Source of the DNA: an uncultured Pelagibacteraceae bacterium
GTDB taxonomy: Bacteria; Pseudomonadota; Alphaproteobacteria; Pelagibacterales; Pelagibacteraceae
Direction of reading: 5' to 3'
Assembly: GCA_902622655.1 (NCBI GenBank)
Contig: CACNQY010000002.1
Coordinates: 11,285-75,284 of the forward strand
Length of the DNA: 64,000 nt
Part shown: one piece after another, positions 1-10,339 of the stretch
Layout: each line of letters begins with the position of its first letter
Numbering within the stretch: position 1 is the stretch's first letter
Translations under genes and position numbers: made by a program
Notes under the pieces: model-generated
The model's database searches: none
The model's input: the letters and a program-made list of their open reading frames with translations, nothing else
Told to the model about the DNA's origin: nothing

Positions 1-740
1 ATTGGTGGTCTATTTTTTAGATTTTCAGTTCTTGAAGCTTTTATTTTTTGAATTATTTCTTCGGCTTTTTCCTCTCTTATCGGGTTATGTCCGAATTCTT
101 TAACTAAGTATTCTGCTGTGTCTGCTGCTAATGTTTGATTGATTGTTACTGTTACACCCATTCCAAATAAATGTTTGATAACATTACTTGACTGCTCTGC
201 CATTCTATTTGCAAGTTCTCTAACAGTAATTGCCTCAGGAATATTTACATCTCTTTTTACTGGTTTTAAATTTTCTTGTGTTTCATTTTTTATTGAATTT
301 TTGATTTCTTTTTGTCTGGCTCTTTTAACGGACGCTAAACTTCTTTCTTTTGCATCAATTTCATCGCTCAACGCTCTAGATACCGTTAATTTTAACTCTC
401 TTTTCTTAACGCCTGATTTAAGTGTTTTTCTATCTTTATTTTCACCTTCACCTTTTAATCTTTTTGTTGCTCTTTGTTCAGCCAATTTACGTCTTTCAAA
501 ATCATTTATTATAGGTGGGTTCTTTGGAGGAAATGAGGGTTTGAAAGAAGAGCCTCTATCAAAAGTTGAACTTGATCTGTTATTACTTGTTGGTGATCTA
601 AATGATCCACCTCTAGAGGGAAACTTTCCTGTTTGTTTTTCAATAACTACAGAATTTTTTCTTTGATTTTTTGTTATATCAATATTTTTTATTGATTTTT
701 TGGCTGAGCCTGAAATTGTTAATTTTGTTTTTTTTTCCAT
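1..740 (-). CDS. infB: Translation initiation factor IF-2, N-terminal part (runs off the window start; not in the ORF track)
   Basis: Manual minus-strand translation from ATG at 740: MEKKTKLTISG...DVNIPEAITVRELANRMAE...GMGVTVTINQTLAADTAEYLVKEFGH...NRPP; directly downstream of nusA. Confidence 0.93.
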   Translation of the reverse strand, partial: MEKKTKLTISGSAKKSIKNIDITKNQRKNSVVIEKQTGKFPSRGGSFRSPTSNNRSSSTFDRGSSFKPSFPPKNPPIINDFERRKLAEQRATKRLKGEGENKDRKTLKSGVKKRELKLTVSRALSDEIDAKERSLASVKRARQKEIKNSIKNETQENLKPVKRDVNIPEAITVRELANRMAEQSSNVIKHLFGMGVTVTINQTLAADTAEYLVKEFGHNPIREEKAEEIIQKIKASRTENLKNRPP

Positions 741-750
741 ATCTCATCAC

Positions 751-2304
751 CTAATCTTTATAAATTATTTTTCTTGCAGACATGATTAATTCATCCGCTT
801 CCTCTTTAGATAAAGCAAAATCTTCAAGGTATCCTTGAATTTTTACCCTTTCACCTTTAACAACATCATAACCTCCTGTTAATTCATCAGAAGCTAAATC
901 AGCAAAATCCTGTAAAGTTAAAATTTTTTGCTCTCCTAATGTAACTAACATACCTGGTGTAAGACCTTTTAAATTTATTAATAAATCTTCAAGACCTAGT
1001 TCCTTAATTCTTTGAGAAATATCTTCCTGGTCTTTATCATGAAATTCCTTAGCCCTTTCAATTAATGCTTTGGCTGTATCTTCCTCTATACCTTCTATTT
1101 TAATTAAATTTTCAACCACACTATCCTTAATATCATCAATAGTTGAGAATCCTTCAGCAACTAGCAGTTGACCTAAAGTTTCATCTAGCTCTAAGTTTTT
1201 TACAAAATTTTCAGTTTTTTCCTTAAATTCTAATTGTCTTCTCTCTGAGTCTTCTGCATCAGTCATTATGTTGATTTCATAATTTAGCAATTTAGTCGCT
1301 AACCTAACATTTTGACCTCTTCTTCCTATTGCTTTACTTAAATTTTCTTCTGTCAGAATTACATCTAGTTTTTTTCTTTCAACATCAACGTTTACTCTCT
1401 GAACTTCTGCAGGTGATAAAGCGTTAGATACAAGAATTGCTGGGTCTTCTGACCAATTAACAATATCAATTTTTTCTCCTTGTAATTCATTCACTACAGC
1501 TTGTACTCTAGAACCTCGCATACCTACACATGCACCTACTGGATCTAAAGATGTGTCAACAGCTTTTACACATATTTTTGCTCTACTTCCTGGGTCTCTT
1601 GAAGAGGATTTAATTTCTATTAACCCGTCATAAATTTCAGGTACTTCCTGGACGAAAAGTTTTTCCATAAACTTAGGATGTGCTCTTGATAAAAAAATTT
1701 GCTGTCCTCTTGGTTCTCTTCTGACATCATAACAATAAGCTTTGATACGATCACCTGCCTTAATATTCTCGCGTGGGATTAATTCATTTTTTTGAATTAT
1801 CGCCTCTGTTCTTCCTAAATCTGCTATTACATTTCCAAATTCTAATCTTTTGACAATGCCACTTAAAATTGTATCTTTTTTATCAATAAAATCATTAAAT
1901 TGTCTTTCTCTTTCCGCCTCTCTTACGTTGAAGCTTATAACTTGCTTAGCAGTTTGTGCTGCAATTCTTCCGAAATCAAATGATGGAAGAGGTTGAAGAA
2001 CTTCATCTCCAATAGATTTGTCTTTGTTTGTTACATTTAAATTAATTGCATCCTCTAGTTTTATTTCTGTATTTGCGTTTTCAGGATTTTCTGTGATAAC
2101 TAATTTTCTAAAAAGCTCTATATCCCCACTCTCTCTATTAATTAAAACTTTAATTTCATTTTCTTGACCAAATTTAGATTTTGCAGCTTTGGCTATACCA
2201 GTTTCCATAGAACTTATAATAAGCTCTTTATCAATTGATTTCTCTAAAGCTACCGCTTCAGCAATTCTTAATAACTCTAGTTTATCTGCTCTTTTATTTA
2301 ACAT
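751..2304 (-). CDS. nusA: Transcription termination/antitermination factor NusA
   Basis: FGRIAAQTAKQVI, RDPGSRAKI and GACVGMRGSRVQAV motifs; start moved to ATG 2304 (MLNKRADK), preceded by GGAG. Confidence 0.97.
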   Translation of the reverse strand: MLNKRADKLELLRIAEAVALEKSIDKELIISSMETGIAKAAKSKFGQENEIKVLINRESGDIELFRKLVITENPENANTEIKLEDAINLNVTNKDKSIGDEVLQPLPSFDFGRIAAQTAKQVISFNVREAERERQFNDFIDKKDTILSGIVKRLEFGNVIADLGRTEAIIQKNELIPRENIKAGDRIKAYCYDVRREPRGQQIFLSRAHPKFMEKLFVQEVPEIYDGLIEIKSSSRDPGSRAKICVKAVDTSLDPVGACVGMRGSRVQAVVNELQGEKIDIVNWSEDPAILVSNALSPAEVQRVNVDVERKKLDVILTEENLSKAIGRRGQNVRLATKLLNYEINIMTDAEDSERRQLEFKEKTENFVKNLELDETLGQLLVAEGFSTIDDIKDSVVENLIKIEGIEEDTAKALIERAKEFHDKDQEDISQRIKELGLEDLLINLKGLTPGMLVTLGEQKILTLQDFADLASDELTGGYDVVKGERVKIQGYLEDFALSKEEADELIMSARKIIYKD

Positions 2305-2319
2305 ATTTTTGTTTGCTCC

Positions 2320-2346
2320 AAAAAAAAATGGGCTAAAGCCCATTTT
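2320..2346 (-). terminator. rimP-leader-like attenuator hairpin upstream of nusA
   Basis: Minus strand AAAATGGGC-TTTA-GCCCATTTTTTTTT, immediately followed by the GGAG ribosome-binding site; GGGC..GCCC core. Confidence 0.7.
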
Positions 2347-2403
2347 GCTTTAATCCACAATGTTAGCGCAATATAGTAAAGTTTTTATTTAATTCAATAA
2401 AAA

Positions 2404-3573
2404 CTATTTTGAAAAAATATCAAATTTATCAGTTTTTTCCCATGAAAATGAGCCATTTTCCTCTGGTTCCCTTCCAAAATGTCCGTAAGCAGCTGTTTTT
2501 TCATATATTGGTTTATTCAAATTTAACATTTCTCTAATACCCCTAGGACTTAAATCAAAATTCTCCTTTATTTTTTCTACTACAAACTTATTTTTATCTA
2601 AATCATTATCAAACAAATCTACATATATTGACAGTGGTTTTGATACACCAATCGCATAAGCTAATTGAATTAAACATTTTTCAGCAATTTTTGAGTTAAC
2701 CACATTTTTTGCAATATACCTGGCAGCATAAGCTGCTGATCTATCTACCTTAGTAGGATCCTTTCCTGAGAATGCCCCACCACCATGAGGTGCAGCTCCA
2801 CCATAAGTATCAACTATAATTTTTCTACCTGTAAGACCACAATCGCCATCAGGACCGCCTATTACGAAATTACCAGTTGGATTTACATAAAATTCATCCT
2901 CATTAAATTCTTCAAGAAAATCTTTAGGAATTGATTTAATCATATATGGCCTTAATAAATCTTTGACTTGAGACTGATTAACATCAGGCGAATGTTGAGA
3001 TGAGATAACTACTGACCTAACTTTTGTGGGTTTTCCATCTTCATATTCAAAAGTTACCTGGCTTTTAGAGTCTGGTTCAATATTTTCTAATTTACCAGAT
3101 TTTCTATCATCTGCCATTAATCTCAAAATTTTATGCGAATAATGAATTGGAGCAGGCATCAAAAAGTCTGTTTCATTACATGCATAACCAAACATAATAC
3201 CTTGGTCTCCGGCACCTTCGTCTTTATTTCCAGATGAGTCTACTCCCATTGAAATATCAGTTGATTGTGCGTGTAAATGACTTTCAATTTTTGTTGCTTC
3301 TTTCCAAGTAAAACCCTGCTGATCATAACCAATGTCTTTTATACAACTTCTTACTTTCTCGATTAGCTCTTCTTTTTGGATTTCTGGTCCTCTTACTTCA
3401 CCTGCTAATACTACTTTATTAGTTGTGGTTAATGTTTCACATGCAACTCTTGAAAATGGATCTTCAGAAATAAAGCTATCAACTACCATATCTGATATTC
3501 TATCAGAGACTTTATCTGGGTGCCCTTCAGATACAGATTCGCTTGTAAAAAGAAAATTTTTTAAATTACTCAT
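2404..3573 (-). CDS. metK: S-adenosylmethionine synthetase
   Basis: [19 protein letters not shown] and GGGAFSGKD motifs. Confidence 0.98.
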   Translation of the reverse strand: MSNLKNFLFTSESVSEGHPDKVSDRISDMVVDSFISEDPFSRVACETLTTTNKVVLAGEVRGPEIQKEELIEKVRSCIKDIGYDQQGFTWKEATKIESHLHAQSTDISMGVDSSGNKDEGAGDQGIMFGYACNETDFLMPAPIHYSHKILRLMADDRKSGKLENIEPDSKSQVTFEYEDGKPTKVRSVVISSQHSPDVNQSQVKDLLRPYMIKSIPKDFLEEFNEDEFYVNPTGNFVIGGPDGDCGLTGRKIIVDTYGGAAPHGGGAFSGKDPTKVDRSAAYAARYIAKNVVNSKIAEKCLIQLAYAIGVSKPLSIYVDLFDNDLDKNKFVVEKIKENFDLSPRGIREMLNLNKPIYEKTAAYGHFGREPEENGSFSWEKTDKFDIFSK

Positions 3574-5107
3574 TTTTAATTCTATTAAATGAAAATATCA
3601 AAAAAATATACAATAAAATTATTAATACAAAAATTTTATTTCCGAATCTTGAAAACAATGTTGGTTCTATTGTTCTCGACTCATTTAAATCTATATAGCC
3701 AGATTGATTTAAATTTAGTTGCTTTTCAATAGCTCCAGATGGATTAATAATTGCTGTTATTCCATTATTTGAAGATCTTAAAACATATTTTCCACTCTCG
3801 ACCGCTCTGAAAACACTATGAATGAAGTGTTGTTTGGGACCTATTGATTGACCAAACCATCCATCTTCAGAAATATTTACAATAAAATCAAAATCAAAAT
3901 TTATAAATAATTTCCCAGAGTAAATTATTTCGTAGCAAATAAGTGGTAAAATTTTAAGAGAAAACTTTTCTCTAGTTATGTTAATTATGTTTCTTTCTTT
4001 TCCTTTTGAATATGAATGGTAATTGTTTGTAATAGTTTTTAATCCAATTTTTTTTAGAATTCTCTCTAATGGTAAAAATTCTCCGAACGGAACTAAATTA
4101 ATTTTATTATAGGAATTTATCAAGTTTAAATTGTGGTCATAAATTGAAAATGAGTTAAAATATTTGGTAGTTTGGGTTTCATCCAATTTACTATTTATTC
4201 CAATTACTAATAAATGATTTTTATTAAATTTATTTTTAAATAACCAGTCATATTCAATCAATTGATCCTGGGAAATACCTGGCAAAATCCCCTCAGGCCA
4301 TACAAAAATTACTTTTTCATTTTCTTCTGGTGAACTTATTTCAATTAAATCTTTAATTACTGAAGTTGGATCTATATCATTATAAAATCTGTCGATACTA
4401 ATATTTGAACCTATAATTCTTATTTTATACTCGTATTTATTAATCTCAGCTTTATTTATTTTTTCTATATTCTTAGATCCGTAAATAAAAAAAGATATTG
4501 TAATGATAATAAAAGCAATAACTATAGCAATATTTTGCATTTTATTTCCTAAAATAATTAATGATGGACTGACAAAAAGCGAAATACAAAAAACATTAAA
4601 ACTGTATGTTCCAATAACTGATATAATATTTAAAATTTCAAGATGGTTTGAAAAACTAAATGCAATTAAATTCCATGGAAATCCTGTTAAAATGGATCCC
4701 CTAACAAATTCAATTAATCCAAAAATTAATGAGAAAAGAAAAAAGGAACATAAAGTTTTATTGAATTTTATAATAAAAAATAAATAAGTTATTAGGCCAT
4801 AAAATAGGGCTAGAAACCCCGGCACTAAGATCGAAGCTACTGGTATCAAAAATGTAAAATTTTTATCAAAAGTTAATGAAATTGGGATCCAATATAGATT
4901 ACTTATGAAATATCCAAATCCAAACAACCAACCATAAAGAAAAAATATTTTTTTATTTTTGTTAAATTTTTTTTTTTCTAAAAAAATAAAAAACGCACTA
5001 AATGTAAAAAAATTAATTATTAAATAATTAAATGGTGGTAAACTTAAAGAAGTTAAGCAACCTAACAAAATTAAAAATAATAATTCAATGTAAATTATTT
5101 TACTCAA
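3566..5107 (-). CDS. lnt: Apolipoprotein N-acyltransferase
   Basis: Multi-pass membrane N-terminus; [16 protein letters not shown] and ICYE nitrilase-fold motifs. Confidence 0.95.
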   Translation of the reverse strand: MSKIIYIELLFLILLGCLTSLSLPPFNYLIINFFTFSAFFIFLEKKKFNKNKKIFFLYGWLFGFGYFISNLYWIPISLTFDKNFTFLIPVASILVPGFLALFYGLITYLFFIIKFNKTLCSFFLFSLIFGLIEFVRGSILTGFPWNLIAFSFSNHLEILNIISVIGTYSFNVFCISLFVSPSLIILGNKMQNIAIVIAFIIITISFFIYGSKNIEKINKAEINKYEYKIRIIGSNISIDRFYNDIDPTSVIKDLIEISSPEENEKVIFVWPEGILPGISQDQLIEYDWLFKNKFNKNHLLVIGINSKLDETQTTKYFNSFSIYDHNLNLINSYNKINLVPFGEFLPLERILKKIGLKTITNNYHSYSKGKERNIINITREKFSLKILPLICYEIIYSGKLFINFDFDFIVNISEDGWFGQSIGPKQHFIHSVFRAVESGKYVLRSSNNGITAIINPSGAIEKQLNLNQSGYIDLNESRTIEPTLFSRFGNKIFVLIILLYIFLIFSFNRIKNE

Positions 5108-5108
5108 T

Positions 5109-5570
5109 TTAATTTATTTTTGATTTTACAGATTTATATATAAAATTTTCTACTTTTAACATTTTATCATAATCTTTGTTTTTAATATGATCAAATCCTA
5201 GCAGATGGACAAACCCATGAATAAATAATTTTATAACTTTTTTTTTAAATGATTTTAAATCTTGTGATTTAGGCTGATCTATAAAATTATAACTAATTAT
5301 TATATCTCCCAAGTAAGTTTTTTTTTGTAATTTTAATTTTTTTTCCAAAGGAAAAGATAAAATATCCGTTGACTTATTTTTATTTCTAAAATTTTTATTA
5401 AGTTTTTTGATATTTTTATTATTTGATAATAATACAGTAAAAATTACTTTTTTATTTAAAAACTTATATTTTTTTGGGAATGCATCACAAACTTTTTTAA
5501 AAAAAAGCTCTTTATTTTTTAGTCTTTTTGACCAGGACTTCTCCTCAGAGAAGACATTAACGTTAATCAT
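5109..5570 (-). CDS. ybeY: rRNA maturation endoribonuclease YbeY
   Basis: TDILSFP and HGFVHLLGFDH motifs; phoH-ybeY-lnt order. Confidence 0.95.
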   Translation of the reverse strand: MINVNVFSEEKSWSKRLKNKELFFKKVCDAFPKKYKFLNKKVIFTVLLSNNKNIKKLNKNFRNKNKSTDILSFPLEKKLKLQKKTYLGDIIISYNFIDQPKSQDLKSFKKKVIKLFIHGFVHLLGFDHIKNKDYDKMLKVENFIYKSVKSKIN

Positions 5571-6558
5571 TATTTGAATAGGCTTTTACTATTTTTGAGA
5601 CAAGTGGATGCCTCACAACATCTGTATGATCAAAATCAACTATGGAAATCTCTTTTAAGTGTCCCAGCAACTCTTTTGAACGGACTAATCCAGACATATT
5701 TTTATTTGGTAAATCTATTTGTGTCGGATCGCCATTTACAACTATTTTAGAATTTTCACCTATACGAGTTAAAAACATTTTAATCTGAGTATCTGTTGCA
5801 TTTTGAGCTTCATCTAGAATTGCAAAAGAGTTTTTAAGTGTACGCCCTCTCATAAATGCTAAGGGTGCAATTTCAATATCTCCAATTTCAATCATTCTTT
5901 GAATTTTTTCAAAATCAAAAAGGTCATATAATGAATCGTATAAAGGTCTTAAATAAGGATCTACTTTTTCTTTCATATCACCTGGCAAAAATCCTAAACG
6001 TTCACCTGCTTCAACTGCGGGTCGAGATAAAATTATTCTTTCAATTTTTTTCTCTAATAACATTGTTAGTCCTACCGCTACTGCTAAAAAAGTTTTTCCT
6101 GTACCAGCGGGCCCAACAGAAATAACAATGTCGCTTTGTCTCAATGCTCTTACATATTTTTTTTGCTTTTCGGATCTTGGAATAATTGATTTTTTAGGAG
6201 TTTTAATAATATCTGTAATATTATCATTTTTAACTTTTTCATTAATCATAAATTTATCTACAGACGAAAGTATATCTTTATTTTCTATACTTCCATTATT
6301 AATAAACTGTTTAGCTAAAAATTGAATTGCATTTTTTACCTTTTCATTTGTTTCAGGATTAGATTTAATTAAAATGGAATTACCTCTAGAATATAAACTA
6401 CATTTAGCAACTTTTTCTAATTCTTGCAAATTTTTGTTAAATTCTCCAACAACACCCATCAATAAGTCATTATCATGAAATATAACACTCAAAGAGTTGT
6501 TATCTGAATAAACGAACTTTAACGATCTATCAAAATTTTTTTTTGTTATTCCTCTCAA
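5563..6558 (-). CDS. phoH: PhoH-family ATPase (YbeZ-like)
   Basis: GPAGTGKT, RPAVEAGERLGFLPGD, RGRTL and DEAQN motifs; TTG start. Confidence 0.95.
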   Translation of the reverse strand: MRGITKKNFDRSLKFVYSDNNSLSVIFHDNDLLMGVVGEFNKNLQELEKVAKCSLYSRGNSILIKSNPETNEKVKNAIQFLAKQFINNGSIENKDILSSVDKFMINEKVKNDNITDIIKTPKKSIIPRSEKQKKYVRALRQSDIVISVGPAGTGKTFLAVAVGLTMLLEKKIERIILSRPAVEAGERLGFLPGDMKEKVDPYLRPLYDSLYDLFDFEKIQRMIEIGDIEIAPLAFMRGRTLKNSFAILDEAQNATDTQIKMFLTRIGENSKIVVNGDPTQIDLPNKNMSGLVRSKELLGHLKEISIVDFDHTDVVRHPLVSKIVKAYSNND

Positions 6559-6561
6559 ACT

Positions 6562-7890
6562 TTATGCAACCTTTTGATTTGAATTATTTATAATTTTGCC
6601 AAATAAACTATTTTTACTGCTTTCATTAATTTTCACTTGTACAATATTTCCAATATCTTCTTTCTTACCATCAAAAATAACTGATGTCATATGTTCCGTT
6701 CTTCCAAAAGCCATAGTTTTATCTTTCGTTAAATTTTCGACTAAAACATCGACAATCTTATTTTCTAAAAATTTATTCATTTTTATTTGGTTTTGCATCA
6801 ATTTATTTTGAATTTTTTCTAATCTTTCCGTAGAAATTTTTTTATCTATTAAATCTAAATTTTCAGCAACAGTTCCAGGTCTAGGACTAAAAATAAAGGA
6901 AAAAGAATTAATAAAATTTATTTTTTCAATTAAGCTTAAAGTATCTTTAAAATCATTTTTTTCTTCGCCGGGATAACCAATAATAAAATCACTTGAGAAT
7001 TTTATATTTGAGTTAATTCTATTCAATTTATCAAAAATTTTTATATAATCACTTACAGTATGTTTTCTATTCATTAATTTTAGAATTTTATTTGATCCAC
7101 TTTGAACTGGTAAATGAACAAGGGGCATTAACTTTTCAGAACTTCTGTAAACTTCAATTAAATCTTCTGTCATATCTCTCGGATGTGATGTTGTGTACCT
7201 TATCCTCTTTACACTACTTAATTTTTCAATCTCTAATATTAGATTTGATAATTTATAATTTTCATAACTATAAGCATTAACATTTTGACCAAGTAAAATT
7301 ATTTCTTTTGCACCATTATTAGCTAAATATTTTGCTTCATCTATAATTTGGCTAAATGGCCTTGAGTATTCTGGGCCTCGAGTATAAGGAACTACACAAA
7401 AATGACAGAACTTATCGCAACCTTCCTGAATTGTTAAAAATGATGAGACTTTTCCAGATTTATTTTTTGTTTTACTCAAATACTTAAATTTTGAAATAGC
7501 ATCAAATTCTGTTTCCTCTATTTTTTTCTTTTTTTCAATATGATTTAGAATTGAGTCATTAATTTTGTGGTAAGACTGTGGACCAATTACAAGATCTATG
7601 TACGGTTCTCTTTTAAGCATTTCCTCATTTTCTGCTTGTGCTACACAACCTGCAATAATAACTAGAGGTTTTTGTTTAGATCTAAAAACTTTTTTGACTC
7701 TACCAATTTCATGATAAACTTTTTCTTTAGCTTTATCTCTTATATGACATGTGTTTAGCAAGTAGCAATTAGCATTCTTATAATTCTCTGTTTTTTCGTA
7801 TCCTATTTTTTTAACTGCATCATAAATTCTGTTAGAATCATATTCATTCATTTGACAACCAAAAGTTTTAATAAATATTTTTTTAGTCAT
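6562..7890 (-). CDS. miaB: tRNA-2-methylthio-N6-dimethylallyladenosine synthase
   Basis: TFGCQMNEYDS, radical-SAM CDKFCHFC, C-terminal TRAM domain. Confidence 0.97.
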   Translation of the reverse strand: MTKKIFIKTFGCQMNEYDSNRIYDAVKKIGYEKTENYKNANCYLLNTCHIRDKAKEKVYHEIGRVKKVFRSKQKPLVIIAGCVAQAENEEMLKREPYIDLVIGPQSYHKINDSILNHIEKKKKIEETEFDAISKFKYLSKTKNKSGKVSSFLTIQEGCDKFCHFCVVPYTRGPEYSRPFSQIIDEAKYLANNGAKEIILLGQNVNAYSYENYKLSNLILEIEKLSSVKRIRYTTSHPRDMTEDLIEVYRSSEKLMPLVHLPVQSGSNKILKLMNRKHTVSDYIKIFDKLNRINSNIKFSSDFIIGYPGEEKNDFKDTLSLIEKINFINSFSFIFSPRPGTVAENLDLIDKKISTERLEKIQNKLMQNQIKMNKFLENKIVDVLVENLTKDKTMAFGRTEHMTSVIFDGKKEDIGNIVQVKINESSKNSLFGKIINNSNQKVA

Positions 7891-7893
7891 AAA

Positions 7894-8514
7894 TTAAAGC
7901 ATTGAAGCCATATCATCTAGTTTGGCATTAAAAGACACTGATCTTCTTTCCTCTTCTGTATCAGCAAATGGATAAACTGTATGCATTAAATAACTTGGAA
8001 ATAAATAGAAGTCTCCTACTTTGGGTGTAATTGCATATGTGGGGGAGCAAAATAATTTTTTAGAGCCATCTATTAATATTAATTTTCCATTCTGATTAAT
8101 TTTTTTATTTTTTTGCAATGTATCACCCATAGTATTTGGTATTTTTAGGTAACCAACTCCTGAAATATCACCCGTATGATAATGAATAGGATTATATTCA
8201 TTTTTAAATTGTCTAACAATCCAGGATTTTATTATTTGGAATTTTTTTAATTTAATATTTTTTTCCTTCGAAACCCACTCATCGCAATTTGATGCTAGAT
8301 ATTCAGCCCATTTTATTTTCTTCATAAATTCTGTCGTCATCAAAAACTCTTGTGTAACATTGCCTGCTAATTTTGGACCTTCATTATATTTTTCTAATTT
8401 TTCTTCATCGTTTATCATTTCATCCACAAATAAATTCATTTCTTCAATTATATTTTCAGGTAATTTTACTTTTACTATGGATGGTCCGAAAGGTTTATAA
8501 ATCTCTTGTTGCAT
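7894..8514 (-). CDS. Putative 2OG-Fe(II) oxygenase
   Basis: SW...NPIHYH...FPSYLMHTV...RRSVSFN pattern (HxH..H..RxS). Confidence 0.75.
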   Translation of the reverse strand: MQQEIYKPFGPSIVKVKLPENIIEEMNLFVDEMINDEEKLEKYNEGPKLAGNVTQEFLMTTEFMKKIKWAEYLASNCDEWVSKEKNIKLKKFQIIKSWIVRQFKNEYNPIHYHTGDISGVGYLKIPNTMGDTLQKNKKINQNGKLILIDGSKKLFCSPTYAITPKVGDFYLFPSYLMHTVYPFADTEEERRSVSFNAKLDDMASML

Positions 8515-8934
8515 TTATTTTTTTTTAAAACCATATAGCTCTAATTTGTGATCAACTAAAGTATATCCATATTTTTCAGCAATTTTTTTTTGAAGCTGAT
8601 TTATTTCATCATCAACAAATTCTATAATTTCTCCAGTTTTAATATCTATTAAATGATTATGATCATCATTTAGTTCATATCTTGCCTTACCGGTTTTAAA
8701 ATCATGTTTAGTTAGTATCCCTGCCTCTTCAAAAAGTTTTACTGTCCTGTAAACTGTTGCAATACTAATTTTTGGATCAATCTTTGAAACTCTATTATAC
8801 AACTCATCAACATCAGGATGATCGGACACCCCATAGGCCTCTTTCGATTCTAAAATAACACGAGCAATTGTTCTTCTTTGATCTGTTAATTTTAAACCTT
8901 TTTTTTGAAATTTTTTCTCTAATTGATCTGACAT
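8515..8934 (-). CDS. fur: Fur-family metalloregulator
   Basis: LKLTDQRR, HPDVDELY, SIATVYRTVKLF and HNHLID motifs. Confidence 0.9.
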   Translation of the reverse strand: MSDQLEKKFQKKGLKLTDQRRTIARVILESKEAYGVSDHPDVDELYNRVSKIDPKISIATVYRTVKLFEEAGILTKHDFKTGKARYELNDDHNHLIDIKTGEIIEFVDDEINQLQKKIAEKYGYTLVDHKLELYGFKKK

Positions 8935-8949
8935 TTTTTAAATTTAACC

Positions 8950-9330
8950 CTAATAAATAAGATTAATCAAATTTTTTTCAATTTTAAATTTTTCACACAA
9001 ATAAGGAATATTCTCATATTTTATGTCTTTTTCACCTGTAAAGTCACTAAAACTATAACAGTAATAATCAATGCTATGTACTAAATTATAAGCTTTGACC
9101 ACTGATAAGGAATTTCTGATACCAGCAAAACTACCAGGTCCTATATTTAAATATATTTTCTTAATATCAGATATAATCATTTTATGAGATTTTAAGAAAT
9201 CATTAATAATTATAGTTAATTTTTCATAATTAATTTTAGTATTCTCTTTGGTAATATTATAAATATCATTACTAGTGATGACCATTAAAAAAATTTTTTC
9301 ACCGGCCACATCGATTATCATTTTGTTCAT
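8950..9330 (-). CDS. tsaB: Short TsaB (tRNA threonylcarbamoyl modification), N-terminal domain only
   Basis: GPGSFAGIR motif; tsaB-fur-miaB context; probable start ATG 9330 (MNKMIIDVAG), about 126 aa. Confidence 0.75.
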   Translation of the reverse strand: MNKMIIDVAGEKIFLMVITSNDIYNITKENTKINYEKLTIIINDFLKSHKMIISDIKKIYLNIGPGSFAGIRNSLSVVKAYNLVHSIDYYCYSFSDFTGEKDIKYENIPYLCEKFKIEKNLINLIY

Positions 9331-10339
9331 AATTATTTTATTTTCTAATATGAGTTCTAAATCAGATGAAAATAATATCAAATACTATTCTAATGATGAG
9401 GGAATACTATCAATAATGTACCATCGTTTTAACGAAAATAAATATCCTTCAACCAATATTAAAATGGAAATATTTAAGGAACATATAGAAATTATTAAAA
9501 GCGCAAATTTAAACTTTAACAATCCTAAAACCTTTGAAGAAAAATTTAGTGTACCAAAATTGAATAAAGAAATTCTTATAACTATTGATGATGCTTTTGA
9601 GTCTTTTTATAATGAAGCATGGCCTTTTCTAAAAGAAAACAAAATCCCATTTATTTTATTTGTTTCAACTGAACCGGTAGGTAAAAGAGGTTATATGACT
9701 TGGGATCAAATTAAAGAAGTTGAAAGTAATGATTTTGCATTTATAGGACATCATTCTCATACTCATGAATATCTTGTTGATGCGAGTAATGAAGAGTTTA
9801 TTTTAGACATTGAAACAGCTAATAAAATTTTTCTAAAAGAACTTACTTATGTCCCTAGTCTATTCTCATATCCGTTTGGTGAATACTCTAAATTTATGAA
9901 AGATTATGTATCTAAAAATTTCAAATATGCTTTTGGTCAACATTCAGGAGTTATTGATTTAAATAAAGATAAATTTGAATTACCGAGATTTCCAATTAAT
10001 GAAAAATATGGTGAAATAAAAAGATTTAAATCCATAATAAACTATTTTCCACTAGAATATAAAAAAATACTTCCTGAGGAGAAACAACTGTTTAAAAATA
10101 CAAACCCTCCTACTTTCAAAGTTGAATTTTTCAAAGAGCAAAAAAATTTATCTAATATTAATTGTTATTCTAATGAAGGGGATGTTTGGAAAAAATCAAA
10201 AACAAACATCGAAAATAACTTTCTAACAATCGAATTTAGGGAGGCTTTTAAACCAAGAAGAGGGAGAGTTAATTGTTCTCTAAATGATAATGGAAAGTGG
10301 AGATGGTTTGGGGTTCAATTCCCTATAAAAGAAAATTAA
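9278..10339 (+). CDS. Exported polysaccharide deacetylase (CE4 / NodB-homology)
   Basis: MYHRF, ITIDDA, HSHTH and FSYPFGE motifs; hydrophobic N-terminal signal/anchor. Confidence 0.9.
   Translation: MTIKKIFSPATSIIILFIIILFSNMSSKSDENNIKYYSNDEGILSIMYHRFNENKYPSTNIKMEIFKEHIEIIKSANLNFNNPKTFEEKFSVPKLNKEILITIDDAFESFYNEAWPFLKENKIPFILFVSTEPVGKRGYMTWDQIKEVESNDFAFIGHHSHTHEYLVDASNEEFILDIETANKIFLKELTYVPSLFSYPFGEYSKFMKDYVSKNFKYAFGQHSGVIDLNKDKFELPRFPINEKYGEIKRFKSIINYFPLEYKKILPEEKQLFKNTNPPTFKVEFFKEQKNLSNINCYSNEGDVWKKSKTNIENNFLTIEFREAFKPRRGRVNCSLNDNGKWRWFGVQFPIKEN

Noticed and set aside
139-666. 175-aa plus-strand ORF
   Set aside because: Antisense shadow of infB, which is the real gene on the minus strand
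2305-2343. 13-aa N-terminal extension of NusA in the ORF track (MGFSPFFFGANKN)
   Set aside because: It is a translation of the leader hairpin and T-run; GGAG supports ATG 2304. A leader-peptide role cannot be fully excluded
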